Shown here in pieces: positions 61,821-64,000 of a stretch of 64,000 bases of DNA. The stretch spans positions 157,519-221,518 of the forward strand of contig JBFMAF010000049.1 in NCBI GenBank assembly GCA_040755995.1, given 5' to 3'. The DNA comes from Acidobacteriota bacterium. GTDB taxonomy: Bacteria > Acidobacteriota > CAIWXX01. Positions within the stretch are counted from its first letter, which is position 1; each line of letters starts with the position of its first letter. A program made the position numbers and the translations under genes. The notes under the pieces were generated by a model. That model was not told the origin of the DNA. It saw nothing but the letters and a program-made list of their open reading frames with translations, and ran no database searches.

Positions 61821-62279
61821 TCAGCTTCCCAACCAGAACACCATGCTGGCCATGCGAGTCGTCACATCGGCGAAGCGGATCGACACCATGGTGAGGATGT
61901 TGTGGAGCAGACGGGCGAGCAACCGCGGACTCCGCTCGGACATCCTGTCGAGATCGGCCTGATTGATCACCAGCAGCTCGCTCTCGTCGACCGCGCGAAT
62001 GCTTGCTGTTCTGTCCTCACCCGCGAAGAAGCCGATCTCTCCGAAGCACTCGCCCGCCTTTATGATCGCGATTGAGCGCGGGCCCAGGCCCGCGTCACGG
62101 AGCACCTCTACGCCTCCGGAGAGGAGGCAGTAGAACGACCGTGAGCCTTCATCCTGGCGCAGCACCGTCTGGCCTTCCTGCACCCAGCGCGTCGCACAGA
62201 GACTGCGCAACTCGTCGATCTCCGCCTCGCTCATCCCGCGAAATACCGAAAGCTCCTCAGCCTGCTCTGGTGTGTGCAC
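61821..62279 (-). CDS. Stand-alone cyclic-nucleotide-binding domain protein (no HTH)
   Basis: GECFGEIGF..RTASIRA; about 152 aa; SD ggagg. Confidence 0.85.
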   Translation of the reverse strand: MHTPEQAEELSVFRGMSEAEIDELRSLCATRWVQEGQTVLRQDEGSRSFYCLLSGGVEVLRDAGLGPRSIAIIKAGECFGEIGFFAGEDRTASIRAVDESELLVINQADLDRMSERSPRLLARLLHNILTMVSIRFADVTTRMASMVFWLGS

Positions 62280-62902
62280 TGATGTCCAACCTCCCCCTTC
62301 TCTTGAATATGCCATGCCTCGCGCGTTGTCAAGGCGCTTTGGCCTCCTGGCCTCGTGGGTGCTTGACGGAATTGGGGAGGGAAAAGCAGCGAACGTGACT
62401 ACCAGCACGGTAATCAAGCAAGGGTCAGGTGCTGAATGGAGGCCATCGCCACGTCGCGGGTGGCGATGGGATCGCGTCAGATCCACCTTGCCCAGTGACC
62501 TGCGCGCCCTGTTGAAACAGCTCGAAGCCAACATCCGAGGCGCCCTGGATCCGGCAGAGCCATATGGCCGGGCTCCCGGCAGAGAGCCCCAAACGCGTTA
62601 AGCACCCTGGCCCCCTGGCCCTGGCCCCGATTCGCAGTTGACAGTCTTCGAGCCCATGTGCTAGGGTGCCGGATGGGTTGAGATTTCCACGTGAGGGGCA
62701 TGTGGGGGTTGTGGACTCGAACACACTCAGTAGTCTGTGCTGGTGGCGAGTTCCGATTGCCACTGTGTACCTGGCACTGCTATGCGCCGCGTGGGGCAAC
62801 TGGCGGTCAGACGACAGCCCCTCTGCAGGTAGCGCGTCGATGGCACCGTTGATCGATCACAACCCGAGAGGACCAGGGCAATGGAGGCTGTTCAGGTCAC
62901 AC

Positions 62903-62979
62903 ACCCTCAACTCAGGGTTCGTGGTTTATGAACTGGTTCATGGATCGGTTGATAGTGCCTTCGCGGCCGTACGGGGGTT
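62903..62979 (+). promoter_or_regulatory. Putative enhancer/UAS, copy B (homologous to 27049-27115)
   Basis: ACCCTCAACTCAGGGTTCGTGGTTTATGAACTGGTTCATGGATCGGTTGATAGTGCCTTCGCGGCCGTACGGGGGTT. Confidence 0.65.
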
Positions 62980-62988
62980 CTGAATCTA

Positions 62989-63001
62989 CAAATGCTTGAT
63001 T
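62989..63001 (-). promoter_or_regulatory. IHF-binding consensus site
   Basis: AATCAAGCATTTG matches WATCAANNNNTTR; lies between the putative UAS and the sigma54 promoter. Confidence 0.6.
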
Positions 63002-63040
63002 TGGGCTTCTATCCCATGGTCCGTTGTCGAACAAGCGCGC

Positions 63041-63056
63041 TGGCACGTTTCCTGCT
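63041..63056 (+). promoter_or_regulatory. Sigma54 (-24/-12) promoter
   Basis: TGGCACGTTTCCTGCT. Confidence 0.75.
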
Positions 63057-63074
63057 TACTCTTGAGAAGGGAGA

Positions 63075-64000
63075 ATGCGAGTGTTGCTGACGTCCTGCGA
63101 TCGGGGTGCGCCGCGTAGGGTACCGACGGGCTTGCTGCGGCAGGCCCCGTGGAGGAGATCGCCGGTCGTGGGACCTCTCGCCGCGGTCATCGCCCTGAGT
63201 GTTGCGTGTGGGAACACGCCCCCGTCAGCCACCAACGACCAGGCCACGATCGTCCTGCAGGCCTCCCCGTCGAAGCTCGCTCCACGAGGGCGCTCAACCG
63301 TCATCGCGACTGGAATCAAGAAGACGGGCAGCCCGATCTGGCCGGGGACGTACATCGCCTTCACCGTTGATCGCGGGCGCATTGAGCCTGCCGAAGCGTC
63401 CTTCGACAGCAGCGGACGTGCCCAGGTGACCTACTTCGCGCCTGACGCGATCTGCACAGCGAACATCGACGCCACTTCCGGCAGTGTGGATATCGCGGCG
63501 ATCACGATCGACGTCGGCTCTGCTGCGAGCTCAGTGGTGCTTACGGCCAGCCGCACGTCGCTTCCGGACACTGGTGGAACCGTCACCCTCCGGGCGATGG
63601 CCTACGACGAAAACAGCAATCCTGTGGCAAGAACGCCGATTGTGTTCATCGCAACTGCCGGGGCATTGAGCTCCGGTGGGCGGTCCGTGCTCACCAACGC
63701 ATCGGGCACAGCCAAAGACCATCTCAGGACGACATCCGATGCAACCGTGGTTGCCTATGCCGGCTCGGTCGCAAGCACCGAGCTCGAGATTACAGTCGAA
63801 GCTCCCTCGGAAAACGAACCGCCCACGGCCGACTTCGTTTACTCGCCGGAGAGCCCGGTGACGAGGGAGAAGGTCTACTTCAACGGGGATGTCTCCTCGG
63901 ACCCCGACGGTCGTGTAGTGAGATGGCAATGGGATCTCGGCGACGGTACGACGGCCGCCGGCAAGCGGACGAGCCATTCCTACATCACCGCGGCAACGTA
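63075..64000 (+). CDS. Surface lipoprotein with Ig-like (invasin-type) and PKD domains (3' truncated; absent from the ORF track)
   Basis: Reads open to the window end; LSVA-C lipobox; NEPPTADFVYSP..FNGDVSSDPDG..WQWDLGDG..SHSY (PKD). Confidence 0.85.
   Translation, partial: MRVLLTSCDRGAPRRVPTGLLRQAPWRRSPVVGPLAAVIALSVACGNTPPSATNDQATIVLQASPSKLAPRGRSTVIATGIKKTGSPIWPGTYIAFTVDRGRIEPAEASFDSSGRAQVTYFAPDAICTANIDATSGSVDIAAITIDVGSAASSVVLTASRTSLPDTGGTVTLRAMAYDENSNPVARTPIVFIATAGALSSGGRSVLTNASGTAKDHLRTTSDATVVAYAGSVASTELEITVEAPSENEPPTADFVYSPESPVTREKVYFNGDVSSDPDGRVVRWQWDLGDGTTAAGKRTSHSYITAAT

Noticed and set aside
62395..62601. Short plus-strand ORF divergent from the cNMP-binding gene
   Set aside because: No motif and weak start evidence; cannot be supported.
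62772..62786. Second sigma54-like box TGGCACTGCTATGC
   Set aside because: The GG-to-GC spacing is one base short of the strict -24/-12 requirement.

Overview
GC-rich (about 65% by eye) diderm bacterial chromosomal segment. Gene content and order suggest an Acidobacteriota-like organism, but that is inference only. Housekeeping and envelope genes: nosF/nosL/nosY-like ABC genes, purC-cvpA-Fis-like HTH, CCA-adding enzyme, tdh, Trm112-GT9-O-antigen ligase, hemY-hemA-hemC-hemD, trmJ, GH57, cysS, iscS, yraN. These are interleaved with many signalling genes: an ECF sigma/anti-sigma pair, a Wsp/ACF-type chemosensory operon ending in a hybrid histidine kinase, a TPR-CHAT protease, and a GAF-PAS hybrid kinase. 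The most unusual items are four. (1) A phenylphosphate-synthase-like two-gene dikinase whose ATP-binding subunit is fused to a histidine phosphatase. (2) A 1870-aa Ser/Thr kinase-STAND ATPase-TPR protein ending in two apparently cytoplasmic peptide-binding (SBP family 5) domains. (3) A pseudokinase-TonB fusion transcribed divergently from a FadL porin. (4) A homologous ~110-150 bp enhancer/IHF/sigma54 promoter module found twice, 36 kb apart. Short 6/7/8-mer tandem arrays sit at many gene junctions. No rRNA, tRNA, CRISPR array or transposase was recognised. All family calls come from motif reading, not database searches.
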